Positions 27,982 through 37,314 of a stretch of 64,000 nucleotides of DNA are shown here, in pieces; the stretch's first letter is position 1, and each line of letters opens with the position of its first letter. The stretch comes from Candidatus Doudnabacteria bacterium (GTDB lineage: Bacteria; Patescibacteriota; Doudnabacteria; UBA920; O2-02-FULL-48-8): positions 26,047-90,046 of the forward strand of contig JAIFWV010000002.1 in NCBI GenBank assembly GCA_019659055.1, given 5' to 3'. Under the pieces are notes generated by a model. It saw only the letters and a program-made list of their open reading frames with translations, made no database searches and was not told the origin of the DNA. Position numbers and translations under genes: made by a program.

Positions 27982-28593
27982 TTAGAGCGCTTTTTTTATT
28001 TCTTTTTCGCTAATGGGTCCTTCTCTTAATATTTTAACACGATTATTGACAATAGCCACTATTGTCGAAGGCGCAACCCTTTTGAGTTTGCCCCCGTCCA
28101 AATAAAAATCTGGTTTGAGTTTATATTTAGCAAACTGTTTTTTGACTTCTGAAACTGAATATGTGGTGGATTGGCCGCTGACATTTGCCGAAGTCGTGGT
28201 AATGGGCTTGCCTAAGGCCTCGCATAGTATTTGTGCCGGTGGATGATTGGGGTATCGGATCCCAATCGTTTTCGTACCTGCCGAAAGCATTTTCCAAGAT
28301 GCTCCGCGGGCTTTGAGCGGGACTATGATTGTCAGCGGCCCTGGCCAAAATTTGTTGATCAGTTTCAGCACGGCACGATTCAGACTGTAATACGGTACAG
28401 TAAGTAAGTCTGTACTCGGGACTATTACATGAGTAGGCTTTTTGAAATCGCGTCCTTTAAGCGTATAGAGTTTTTTTACCGCGGCTAGATTGGTCGCGTC
28501 CACGGCCAAACCATAAGCGGTGTCGGTGGGATAAACCACGACACCGCCTGCTTTGAGAACTTTGATTGCTTGTTCTATTGAAGAGATCCTCAT
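27982..28593 (-). CDS. tsaC: L-threonylcarbamoyladenylate synthase (TsaC/Sua5)
   Basis: YPTDTAYGL, KGR, FWPGPLT, TSANVSG, STIV, LREG. Confidence 0.93.
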   Translation of the reverse strand: MRISSIEQAIKVLKAGGVVVYPTDTAYGLAVDATNLAAVKKLYTLKGRDFKKPTHVIVPSTDLLTVPYYSLNRAVLKLINKFWPGPLTIIVPLKARGASWKMLSAGTKTIGIRYPNHPPAQILCEALGKPITTTSANVSGQSTTYSVSEVKKQFAKYKLKPDFYLDGGKLKRVAPSTIVAIVNNRVKILREGPISEKEIKKAL

Positions 28594-30965
28594 TCTTTGA
28601 CTACAAAATTTACAAGCCTATCGGGTACGAACACAACTTTCATTATTTTCTTATTTGCCAAATCAAGCTTGGCAAACAGCTCTGAGGAATCAATCAAGTT
28701 CTTGGTTTGCTTTTCGGATAATCCGGCATCAGCTTCAATCATCCCTCTTTTCTTGCCGTTGATCGAGATTACTATCTCAACTTTATCATCACGGGCAAGA
28801 CTTTCGTCGAACTCCGGCCATTTCTCCAAGTGGATAGATTCTTTGTGCCCAAGCTTTTGCCAGAGCTCTTCGGTAAGATGCGGAGCAAACGGGGCCAAGA
28901 GTTTCAAAAAACTTTCCCAGTCAGACTGACTCAAATTCTTATTCTCGTTTAAGAATTCCATGAATGCCGCTACTGCCGTATTGAATTTAAAATTCTCAAT
29001 GTCGGAGGTGATTCTTTTTATAAGTTTGTGGATATTTTTATTACTTGAGGCAAACTCACCCGCTTCAGAGAACCTGATTACTTTTTCGAGGAATCTGGAT
29101 AACCCGACCATCCCTTGGGTACTCCAGGGTTTCGCATCTTCAAGCGGACCCATGAACATTTCGTACATGCGGAATACATCCGCTCCATATTGTTCGATGA
29201 TTTCATCAGGGTTTACGACATTGCCGCGCGATTTACTCATTTTTTCTCCATCTGGTCCTAAAATAAGTCCTTGATTACGGAGCTGCTTAAATGGTTCATT
29301 AAAGCTGATATACTCCAACTTATTTAAAACCTTAGTAAAAAACCGCGCGTAGAGTAAATGCAAAACCGCGTGCTCAGCGCCGCCAACATAAGTATCAACC
29401 GGTAACCATTTCTGCATTTGTTCTTTGGATGCGAATTCTTCCAAATTATTTGGATCGGTAAACCTAAAGAAGTACCAAGACGAATCCACAAAGGTATCCA
29501 TCGTATCCGAATCCCTGCGGGCGGGTTCGTTGCACTTGGGACACTTTACATCGTGAAATGATTTGGACCTTGTTAATGGCGACTCACCTGTTGGCAGAAA
29601 ATCAACATCGGTGGGTAGCTTTACAGGCAAATCTTGTTCTGGTACTGATTGCATACCACATTTGTCACAATAAATTATAGGGATGGGTGACCCCCAATAC
29701 CTTTGTCGCGAGACAAGCCAATCTCTGAGTTTATATTGAATTTTTTCCGTCCCGAATCTCTCGGCCATCTCCGACCGAGCTGTGGAAGAACTCTCACCAG
29801 TAAAGTCACCAGAATTAATAAGCATCCCTTCGCCTTCATAACAATCATCGATTTCGTGATCAGGTTTTATAACTTTAACAATTCCTAAATCGTATTTTTT
29901 GGCAAAAACATAATCGCGCTCATCATGAGCAGGCACAGCCATAATTGCGCCGGTGCCGTAACTACCCAAAACATAGTCAGCAATCCAAACTGCTATTTTT
30001 TCTTTTGTTGCCGGATTGATAGCATGTATTTTGGTATCAACACCGGTTTTATCTTTGGTCTCTGCAATCCGGACGAGTTCCGTCTTCTTAGACGCCTGAC
30101 TAATGTATGCCACAACCTCCTGTGGCGCGCGCCAACCGACATCTATCCATTTCTGAGCCAATTCAGGAGAGATCACCAAAAAAGTGGCTCCGAATATCGT
30201 ATCAGGCCTGGTAGTAAATACTTCTACAAAATGTTTGGCATCTTCTTGACCTGGAATATCTGTCAGAGAAAATTCTATTAGAGCCCCTTCGGACCGGCCA
30301 ATCCAATTTCGTTGCATTTGCTTGATTGGTTCCGGCCAATCGAGTGTATCGAGACTCGTAAGTAAATCTTCAGTAAAATCAGTGATCTTAAAAAACCATT
30401 GCGATAAAAGTTTTTGCTCAACCACGGTCCCACATCTCTCGCAAGCACCGTTTACCACTTGTTCATTTGCCAGAACAGTTTGATCTTTGGGACACCAGTT
30501 CACTGAAGCTTCTTTCTTATATGCGAGGCCGTTCTTATATAGCAATAAGAATAACCACTGAGTCCATTTATAATAATCTGGGCTCGAAGTATTTACTTCT
30601 CGTTCCCAGTCATATGAAAAACCAAAAGATTTAATTTGGTTCCGGAAACGCTCAATATATTTAGGAGTAGTCTCCCAAGGAGGATTCCCAGTTTTGATAG
30701 CAAAATTCTCAGTCGGCAAACCAAAAGCATCCCAACCTAGAGGATGGAGTACGTCGTAACCTCTCATTCTGTTCATCCGAGATAAGATATCTGTTGCTGT
30801 GTATCCTTCCGGGTGGCCAACATGAAGACCGGATCCAGAAATATATGGGAACATATCCAAAATATATCTCTTCTTTGCAGGGTCAGGATTCTTGGGAGTC
30901 TTGTATATTTTTTCCTGCTCCCATTTCTCCTGCCACTTTTTTTCTATCTCTTTATGATCGTACAT
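28590..30965 (-). CDS. leuS: Leucine--tRNA ligase
   Basis: MFPYISGSGLHVGH, TTRPDT, SRQRYWG, KMSKS. Confidence 0.98.
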   Translation of the reverse strand: MYDHKEIEKKWQEKWEQEKIYKTPKNPDPAKKRYILDMFPYISGSGLHVGHPEGYTATDILSRMNRMRGYDVLHPLGWDAFGLPTENFAIKTGNPPWETTPKYIERFRNQIKSFGFSYDWEREVNTSSPDYYKWTQWLFLLLYKNGLAYKKEASVNWCPKDQTVLANEQVVNGACERCGTVVEQKLLSQWFFKITDFTEDLLTSLDTLDWPEPIKQMQRNWIGRSEGALIEFSLTDIPGQEDAKHFVEVFTTRPDTIFGATFLVISPELAQKWIDVGWRAPQEVVAYISQASKKTELVRIAETKDKTGVDTKIHAINPATKEKIAVWIADYVLGSYGTGAIMAVPAHDERDYVFAKKYDLGIVKVIKPDHEIDDCYEGEGMLINSGDFTGESSSTARSEMAERFGTEKIQYKLRDWLVSRQRYWGSPIPIIYCDKCGMQSVPEQDLPVKLPTDVDFLPTGESPLTRSKSFHDVKCPKCNEPARRDSDTMDTFVDSSWYFFRFTDPNNLEEFASKEQMQKWLPVDTYVGGAEHAVLHLLYARFFTKVLNKLEYISFNEPFKQLRNQGLILGPDGEKMSKSRGNVVNPDEIIEQYGADVFRMYEMFMGPLEDAKPWSTQGMVGLSRFLEKVIRFSEAGEFASSNKNIHKLIKRITSDIENFKFNTAVAAFMEFLNENKNLSQSDWESFLKLLAPFAPHLTEELWQKLGHKESIHLEKWPEFDESLARDDKVEIVISINGKKRGMIEADAGLSEKQTKNLIDSSELFAKLDLANKKIMKVVFVPDRLVNFVVKE

Positions 30966-31020
30966 TTTGCTTATATGCGTATTTAAGATTATTATGTAAT
31001 CAACTGCCAAGGAGGGTCAA

Positions 31021-31395
31021 ATGCCTGTTCTGCCCATTCCCGAGAAACTCGACAACTTTCGCGACCTTCTCAGCACTGCCATTTTTCACAGCTATCAGGC
31101 TGCCGCTTCCGGGAAACTTGCGGCTCCCGCATTTTCGCGAATTGTACCGATTGTCACATCAGATCCAGTTGCGTACGAGATCCATTCTTACGAAGATGCT
31201 CCCTATGCGGAGTTCATCTGGAGTCTCTGGTTTCTCATAGCCTCAGACCATGAAGTCTTCGGACAGCTTCAGGCGATGCGTTCGGATCTACAGCAACAGA
31301 ATTTCCGTGTCTGGGTCGGCATAGGCGTTTCGCCAAATATTTTCTCTGAAGCCGATTTCGGTCTTCTCCAAGGATCCGGGATAATGCAGATCTAA
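31021..31395 (+). CDS. Hypothetical protein
   Basis: AAGGAGG RBS; fills gap between leuS and tatD. Confidence 0.55.
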   Translation: MPVLPIPEKLDNFRDLLSTAIFHSYQAAASGKLAAPAFSRIVPIVTSDPVAYEIHSYEDAPYAEFIWSLWFLIASDHEVFGQLQAMRSDLQQQNFRVWVGIGVSPNIFSEADFGLLQGSGIMQI

Positions 31396-32171
31396 GTCCT
31401 CAAGCCAGTGCTTGGGGACTTTTCTAATTGGTAGATCCGGCAAGCATTGGTAAAGGTCAGGTCTGAAACTTCTTCAAGGCTTACTTCTCTGATTTCGGCA
31501 ATCCGCTCGGCGACCCGCTTCACATTTGCAGGCTCGTTGCGCTTGCCGCGGTTGGGCGAGAGAAACGGCGCATCCGTTTCTATGAGTATTCTATCAGACG
31601 GCAGATTCTTTGCCACTTCGGCCAGTCTACCAGTTTTATCGAAAATCAGGATGGCATTCAGGGCAATATAGTATCCCAGGTCCAAAAACTTTTTCGCGGT
31701 GTCCCCAGAATCAGTAAACGAATGGATGATCGCCTGTCCCGTATATTCGGCTTGCAAAATTTCTATCAAATCATGGTAAGCGTCTCGGCAATGAATCACA
31801 AGCGGTAACCCTAGCTTTTGCGCAAAATGAATTTGCTTGATAAATTCGGCTTTTTGCTTATTGATCCCTGCTTCCTCTTTTTGGTGATAATAGTCCAATC
31901 CGCACTCCCCAATTGCTACGACTTTATCTGTGATCAGAGCAGAGTAAATCTCTTCATCGAAATGTTCTTTGCTGTCTGTGGGATGCTGACCGACAGTGGC
32001 ATACACTCCATCTTTAAATTTCGAAGCCAGTTCAACTGCGGATTTGGATGATTTATAGTCGCAACCGACGTTGGTCATCCAAAGCCCTTGGTCTTGTGCG
32101 TCTTTGAGGATTTGCTCCCGGTCAGGATCAAATTCGGGAAAGTTTACGTGTGTGTGAGTATCAAATAGCAT
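31392..32171 (-). CDS. tatD: TatD family DNase
   Basis: DTHTH, GQHP, IGECGLDY, IHCR, IHSF, ETDAP. Confidence 0.93.
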   Translation of the reverse strand: MLFDTHTHVNFPEFDPDREQILKDAQDQGLWMTNVGCDYKSSKSAVELASKFKDGVYATVGQHPTDSKEHFDEEIYSALITDKVVAIGECGLDYYHQKEEAGINKQKAEFIKQIHFAQKLGLPLVIHCRDAYHDLIEILQAEYTGQAIIHSFTDSGDTAKKFLDLGYYIALNAILIFDKTGRLAEVAKNLPSDRILIETDAPFLSPNRGKRNEPANVKRVAERIAEIREVSLEEVSDLTFTNACRIYQLEKSPSTGLRT

Positions 32172-32178
32172 TATAGTG

Positions 32179-32247
32179 ACCACTTCGAGCGATTAGCGAG
32201 AAGTCTGGGTGTTATTACCGAGATCTCTCACGTCCGTTCGAGATGGG
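32179..32247. repeat. REP-like repeat family B copy 2
   Basis: Near-identical to 25495-25564. Confidence 0.85.
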
Positions 32248-32248
32248 G

Positions 32249-33685
32249 TTATTCAATTTTCTGAAACAATGGTTCGGGTTTCTTGATGTCGCCGGATTCA
32301 ATAATCTTTCGGATTTTGTTGGCAGTATCCGGCATCACGGGTGCAAGCTTCCCCGCAATATCATAAAGCAACCCAGTAAGGTTTAAGAGCAGCTCCTTCA
32401 CTTTTTCAGGTTCAGTCTTTACCAATTCCCATGGTTTGGCCTTATCAATCAACTGATTGGCCCAGGCAATTTCTTCCCAGATTTTCACCAGGCCTTCAGA
32501 AAAATTGAGAGTACTAAATGCATCCCAGGCTGCCGATAGATCTTTGGGTGAAACCGCAAAGTCGGCAACATCACCATCAAGATATTTTTCGATCATATTA
32601 GTTGTGCGCGAGAAAAGATTGCCGAGACCATTGGCCAAATCGCCGTTGTAGCGGATCTTGAGTTTTTCTTCCGAGACATCGCCGTCTTGGCCAAACGGCA
32701 CTTCCCGCAATAGAAAATACCGGACCGCGTCGGCGCCGTATTTGGCCACCCAATCGTTGGGATCGATAACGTTACCGATAGTCTTGCTGATTTTTTGGCC
32801 GCCAATGGTAAAAAATCCATGCGCAAAAATCGCGTGCGGTAATGGTAAATCCACGGCCAGCAACAACGCCGGCCAAATTATGCAATGAAATTTGATAATG
32901 TCTTTGGCCATGACCTGAATATCGGCCGGCCAGTAGTTGCGGAACTTTTCTTCGTCTTCTCCAAAACCAATTATCGAACAGTAATTAAACAATGCTTCGA
33001 CCCAGACGTAAACGGTTTGTTCCGGATCCCACGGCAAAGGGATTCCCCATTTGACGTTTGGCCTGGAAATAGCAATATCTTCCAAACCTTGTTTGATAAA
33101 CGACAACACTTCGTTTTGTCTCGTGTACGGCCGAATCCGGAATTCATCCGTCTCAATCCGTTCTTTGAGTATGTCGCCGTATTCCGAGAGTTTAAAGAAC
33201 CAATTTTTTTCCTTGATTAATTCAGGCTTGGTCTTATGATCCGGGCACACGCCGTCCACTAAATCTGATTCTTTGATAAATGCCTCGTGACCTACGCAAT
33301 AGAGTCCTTCGTATTCGCCTTCGTAAATCTTCCCCGAATCTTTGAGCATGGTGAGAAATTTCGCCACGGCTTGCTTGTGCCGCGGCTCTGTGGTGCGGAT
33401 AAAGTCATCTGAGCTGATATCGAGCTGGTCCCAAGCAAAAGAGAATTTAGCGGAGATTTCATCAACAAATTCTTGCGGGGTCTGTTTGGCTTTCTCCGCG
33501 GCTTGGGCGATTTTTGCCCCATGCTCGTCGGTCCCTGTTTGGAAAAACACATCCTCGCCCAAAAGCCGATGCAGGCGGGCCACCACATCTGCGGCAATGG
33601 TCGTATAAGCATGACCAATATGCGGTTTATCGTTTACATAATAAATCGGGGTGGTGATATAAAATTTTTGACGAACTGTGTCCAT
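32249..33685 (-). CDS. metG: Methionine--tRNA ligase (short form)
   Basis: TPIYYVN..PHIGH, GTDEHG, KDIIKFH, KISKT. Confidence 0.97.
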   Translation of the reverse strand: MDTVRQKFYITTPIYYVNDKPHIGHAYTTIAADVVARLHRLLGEDVFFQTGTDEHGAKIAQAAEKAKQTPQEFVDEISAKFSFAWDQLDISSDDFIRTTEPRHKQAVAKFLTMLKDSGKIYEGEYEGLYCVGHEAFIKESDLVDGVCPDHKTKPELIKEKNWFFKLSEYGDILKERIETDEFRIRPYTRQNEVLSFIKQGLEDIAISRPNVKWGIPLPWDPEQTVYVWVEALFNYCSIIGFGEDEEKFRNYWPADIQVMAKDIIKFHCIIWPALLLAVDLPLPHAIFAHGFFTIGGQKISKTIGNVIDPNDWVAKYGADAVRYFLLREVPFGQDGDVSEEKLKIRYNGDLANGLGNLFSRTTNMIEKYLDGDVADFAVSPKDLSAAWDAFSTLNFSEGLVKIWEEIAWANQLIDKAKPWELVKTEPEKVKELLLNLTGLLYDIAGKLAPVMPDTANKIRKIIESGDIKKPEPLFQKIE

Positions 33686-33705
33686 AGCTTTATAGATTCG
33701 TCTTC

Positions 33706-33781
33706 TACAAAATTACGAAATTTTACGAACATACGAACGAGTAGCCTTTTCGTATTTTCGTACTTTTTTCGTAGTTCGTAG
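33706..33781. repeat. TACGAA/TTCGTA short-unit inverted repeat
   Basis: tacgaa x3 ... ttcgta x4 in metG leader. Confidence 0.7.
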
Positions 33782-33889
33782 TTATTAAAAAAGCCCTTTC
33801 GGCTTGGGTATTATACCACAAGCGGGAACTTTTGGCTTTATTCATTAATTTGCTATACTGGGTATGCAGAAGCCCGTTAGGAGGACCGT

Positions 33890-34168
33890 ATGCACTCAGT
33901 TTGGATCGAGCACAAGGGCAATCAAATTTATCTCAAGAGCTCAGACGACTTCGAGCTCAGCCAGGTAGGGGCTATAACCGAAGCCGAATCCTCGATCGAC
34001 GGTGATGTCGCAGTGGTGTCATTCCCCCACGGCCACGAAACCCAGGCTGCCACTTTCTTCCGGCGGCTTGTAGAAAGATTCCGAAGGCAGGGATTTGAGG
34101 TCAATCGCGGCGTCTATATCTCGCCTTACATCATCACCGACGACGGTCTCTACATGACTGTCCAGTAG
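33890..34168 (+). CDS. Hypothetical protein
   Basis: AGGAGG RBS, TATACT -10 upstream, terminator 34187-34224. Confidence 0.65.
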   Translation: MHSVWIEHKGNQIYLKSSDDFELSQVGAITEAESSIDGDVAVVSFPHGHETQAATFFRRLVERFRRQGFEVNRGVYISPYIITDDGLYMTVQ

Positions 34169-34237
34169 ATCAGAGCTTCGCAAACAAAACCGGACTCATT
34201 CCGCAAGGAAAGAGTCCGGTATTTTATTTTTATAAAT

Positions 34238-35242
34238 TTAAGTGTACTGCTCTAAGACGTCATTTACAAATACAGAAACTCCAGACGCGATTGGGACCGC
34301 AATCAGGGCGCCGACAATTCCTCCCAGCGTGCCTCCGACAAGAATCGCCAGGATAATCATGACGGGATTTAGTCCGACACTCTTGCTCATGATGATCGGT
34401 ACCAAAACGTGGCCTTCCAATTCCTGCACGACTATAAAAAATATAACCGCGGCTAGAGCCAACCCTGGGCTTTGCAAAAATGCAAAAAATGCAGTGATGC
34501 CGCCGGCGATAAACGGACCAATATACGGGATGATCTCAAGCACACCGGCAATAAGCGCCAGGACCAGAGCGTAATCAACTTTGAGTATAGTCAAGCCTAC
34601 ATAGACGACGCCAAAGACTACAACTGACAAAATCAGCTGACCCAAAAGCCAGTAGCCCATCTTGCGCTGAATTTTGGTGACGAGGTTCATGACGTAAGCC
34701 TGGTGTTTGTAGGGCGAGAGATGCCGGATGAAATTTTTCATACCGTTCTCTTCCGCGGTCAGGTAGAACGAAATGACTAATACTGTAATAAACGAGACTA
34801 CGCCGGTGGCGACACCTTTGGTGGTTTGGAAAATATTCCCCGCAAGGCCCGATCGGAAGTGCTCAACTGTATTCGTAACACTCTTATCGATCCCGAAACG
34901 CGCCAGAGCATCTTTGTAGGGGCCAATTTTTTCTTGGAAATGAGACACGAAATTGTTTGACTGCAAGGATTGGAATTGATCAATCATAGTCGGGACCAGG
35001 AGGAATCCGACCAAAGCGATGAGACCCAGGAAAAGCACATAAACCAAAAGTACGCTTATCCCCCGCGGAATGCGGTATTTGCGGAAAAAATCTGCGACCG
35101 GGTCCATGGCAGCCGAAACTATGATGGCAATGACGAACAGCAGGACGATTTCCCGGATGGCAAATAAAAACCACACCAAAAGCGCGATAAACAGGATTTT
35201 GAGTATGGTAATCGAAGAGATATTTATAGTGTTGTGATCCAT
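34238..35242 (-). CDS. AI-2E family transporter
   Basis: IPYIGP, QELEGHVLVP.IM...GLNP, GIVGALIAVP. Confidence 0.92.
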   Translation of the reverse strand: MDHNTINISSITILKILFIALLVWFLFAIREIVLLFVIAIIVSAAMDPVADFFRKYRIPRGISVLLVYVLFLGLIALVGFLLVPTMIDQFQSLQSNNFVSHFQEKIGPYKDALARFGIDKSVTNTVEHFRSGLAGNIFQTTKGVATGVVSFITVLVISFYLTAEENGMKNFIRHLSPYKHQAYVMNLVTKIQRKMGYWLLGQLILSVVVFGVVYVGLTILKVDYALVLALIAGVLEIIPYIGPFIAGGITAFFAFLQSPGLALAAVIFFIVVQELEGHVLVPIIMSKSVGLNPVMIILAILVGGTLGGIVGALIAVPIASGVSVFVNDVLEQYT

Positions 35243-35393
35243 AGCTAAATTCTAAAGAATTGCTAGCGAATAAGCAATAGCTTAGAAGCTGGGAAGCTGG
35301 AATCTAGAATCTAGGAATAAACCAGGCTGCGGCCTGGTTTTGGTTTTCCCGACACTCGGAAAAATTTTGTCGGAATTTCAATCGAGCATATGT

Positions 35394-35524
35394 CCCATTG
35401 CGAGGAGTCCCGCCTACCACAAAAAAATTAATAGCCGGGGTGGGACGACGCGGCAATCTTTTTTAAGAGAGCTCGCCACGCGGCCTACTAGATTTAAGCT
35501 TAAGCAAACGGCCGCTCGCGATGG
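35394..35524 (+). repeat. REP/REPIN-like structured repeat, family A copy 2
   Basis: cccattgcgaggag..cgacgcggcaatct..gctcgccacgcg..cgctcgcgatgg. Confidence 0.75.
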
Positions 35525-35553
35525 ACAGATATATTCAGGATGACGGCGCATGG

Positions 35554-35580
35554 AACACCCGACACCCCGTCCCGGGTGTT
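35554..35580. repeat. 27-bp ACCCCGT-core hairpin
   Basis: Exact reverse complement of 55131-55157. Confidence 0.85.
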
Positions 35581-35591
35581 CAAGGATAGCC

Positions 35592-36434
35592 TTATCCCCG
35601 AAGCTTCTTTAGAATAGCAATATTTTTGGGATCGTCTTGGGGGTCATCCTTGGGTGTTTCGAGGATCCAGTCCATCTTGCCCAAAACTTTGTGGGCGGCC
35701 ATGGCCTTAAATCCCTCTAACCCAATCTTCCCCTGCCCGATATTTTCGTGGCGATCGAGATGTTTGCCGTATTCGGCTTTGGAATCATTGGCGTGCATCA
35801 CCACGAGCCGGTCCAATCCTATAACCTTGTCGAATTTCTTCATCATTGCATCCACACCTTTTTTGGTCCGGAGATCGTAACAAGATTGGAACGCGTGGCA
35901 AGAGTCCATGCAGACGCCAATGTCATATTTTTTCAGTCGCTTGTCGTCCAAAATCCATGCCAGCTCTTCGAAAGTATCACCCACGACGCGTCCAGCGCCT
36001 GCGGAAATCTCAAGCAGGAGCTGAGTGCTGCCTTTGTATCCATCCATAACTTTGGCGATAGCCTTAACCTCGCGTTCAATACCCTCCTCGTCTGTGAGTT
36101 CACCAAAACTTCCGAGGTGGGTCATGAGCGCCTTACATCCGAGCAACGAACCGCGTTCAAGCTCTTCGCGGATCACGGAAATCGAGCCGTAATAAATATT
36201 GCCCTTCACCGAAGCAAAGTTTATAAAATAAGGAGCATGGATATAGAAGGTATCAAACCCGTGTTTGTCCATCTCTTCGCGGAATTTCTTCTGGGTTTCC
36301 GGTGTAATTGGCTGGACCGGTCCGCCATGAGGCGACCGCGAAAAAATCTGGAAGACCTCGGCGCCGACCTTGGCGGCATTGCCCGGTGCATTCCAGATTC
36401 CCTTGGCTATTGAAACATGTGTACCTATTCGCAT
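35592..36434 (-). CDS. nfo: Endonuclease IV
   Basis: GTHVS, HAPYFIN, LLE..AG, DSCH, HANDSK, DRHENIG, ILETP. Confidence 0.95.
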   Translation of the reverse strand: MRIGTHVSIAKGIWNAPGNAAKVGAEVFQIFSRSPHGGPVQPITPETQKKFREEMDKHGFDTFYIHAPYFINFASVKGNIYYGSISVIREELERGSLLGCKALMTHLGSFGELTDEEGIEREVKAIAKVMDGYKGSTQLLLEISAGAGRVVGDTFEELAWILDDKRLKKYDIGVCMDSCHAFQSCYDLRTKKGVDAMMKKFDKVIGLDRLVVMHANDSKAEYGKHLDRHENIGQGKIGLEGFKAMAAHKVLGKMDWILETPKDDPQDDPKNIAILKKLRG

Positions 36435-36462
36435 ATACTTAGTCTATCAAATTGGAGGACAA

Positions 36463-36729
36463 ATGAGTATCAAGTACCGATACCCGATCTATTTCTGGTC
36501 AGTCATCCTCGGAGCCGTGATGTTCTTTGTATGCCTGGCATACCCGAGGAGATTCGTTGTAACCCTCATGGTTATCGATTGGATAGTCATCGTGCTTGCT
36601 GCAATTTTCGAGCGGGACCATACTCCTCAGTTCGTGAAGGGTCACCCGGAAATCTTTCAACACGATGCGGCGTACTACATGGCCAATCCGCCAAAATTTC
36701 CCAAACTCGAAAAACCAGATGCAAAGTAG
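36463..36729 (+). CDS. Small 2-TM membrane protein
   Basis: GGAGG RBS; two hydrophobic helices. Confidence 0.6.
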   Translation: MSIKYRYPIYFWSVILGAVMFFVCLAYPRRFVVTLMVIDWIVIVLAAIFERDHTPQFVKGHPEIFQHDAAYYMANPPKFPKLEKPDAK

Positions 36730-36768
36730 TTCAAAAACCGCGGCTGTGTAAACAGCTCGCGGTTTTTT

Positions 36769-37314
36769 CTATATTTCAAATTCGATTAGTTTGGCGTTGG
36801 TGGTGGGAATATAGCCTTCCTTGTTTTGGGGCTTGAGCGCATGCATAACTTTCATAGTGCCGCCGTGGGTAACCACCAGAAGCTTTTTGTCCTTGTAATT
36901 TTTCTCAACGTCGTCAAAAAATTTGTTTACTCGCTGGCGGACCTGTTCTATACTCTCGCCACCGTAGGGTGAAAAATCAAAATCCAAATTTTTCTCAAAA
37001 GTGCTCAAGGACAAATTATACTTGGCCACAGTATCCTTCCAAAGCATGCCCGATAATTCGCCTCCATCGCGCTCGATGAGCTCCCTTTTTATTTCTACCG
37101 GGATGTTGAGCTTTTTGGAAATGATTTGTGCAGTCTCAAAAGCGCGTTTGAGCGGCGAACATAAAATCAGGTTGAAATCGGGCGACAAATGCAACGCCAA
37201 TTTCTCTACCTGCTGGACTCCGGTCTCATTTAAACTCTCATCGATTTTTTGACCCATATAGCGGTGCTCGATATTTGAGTCTGTCTCACCATGTCTGACT
37301 ATGGTTATTTTCAT
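36769..37314 (-). CDS. Histidine phosphatase family protein
   Basis: VRHGET, SPLKRA..TA, GGES, VTHGG. Confidence 0.92.
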   Translation of the reverse strand: MKITIVRHGETDSNIEHRYMGQKIDESLNETGVQQVEKLALHLSPDFNLILCSPLKRAFETAQIISKKLNIPVEIKRELIERDGGELSGMLWKDTVAKYNLSLSTFEKNLDFDFSPYGGESIEQVRQRVNKFFDDVEKNYKDKKLLVVTHGGTMKVMHALKPQNKEGYIPTTNAKLIEFEI

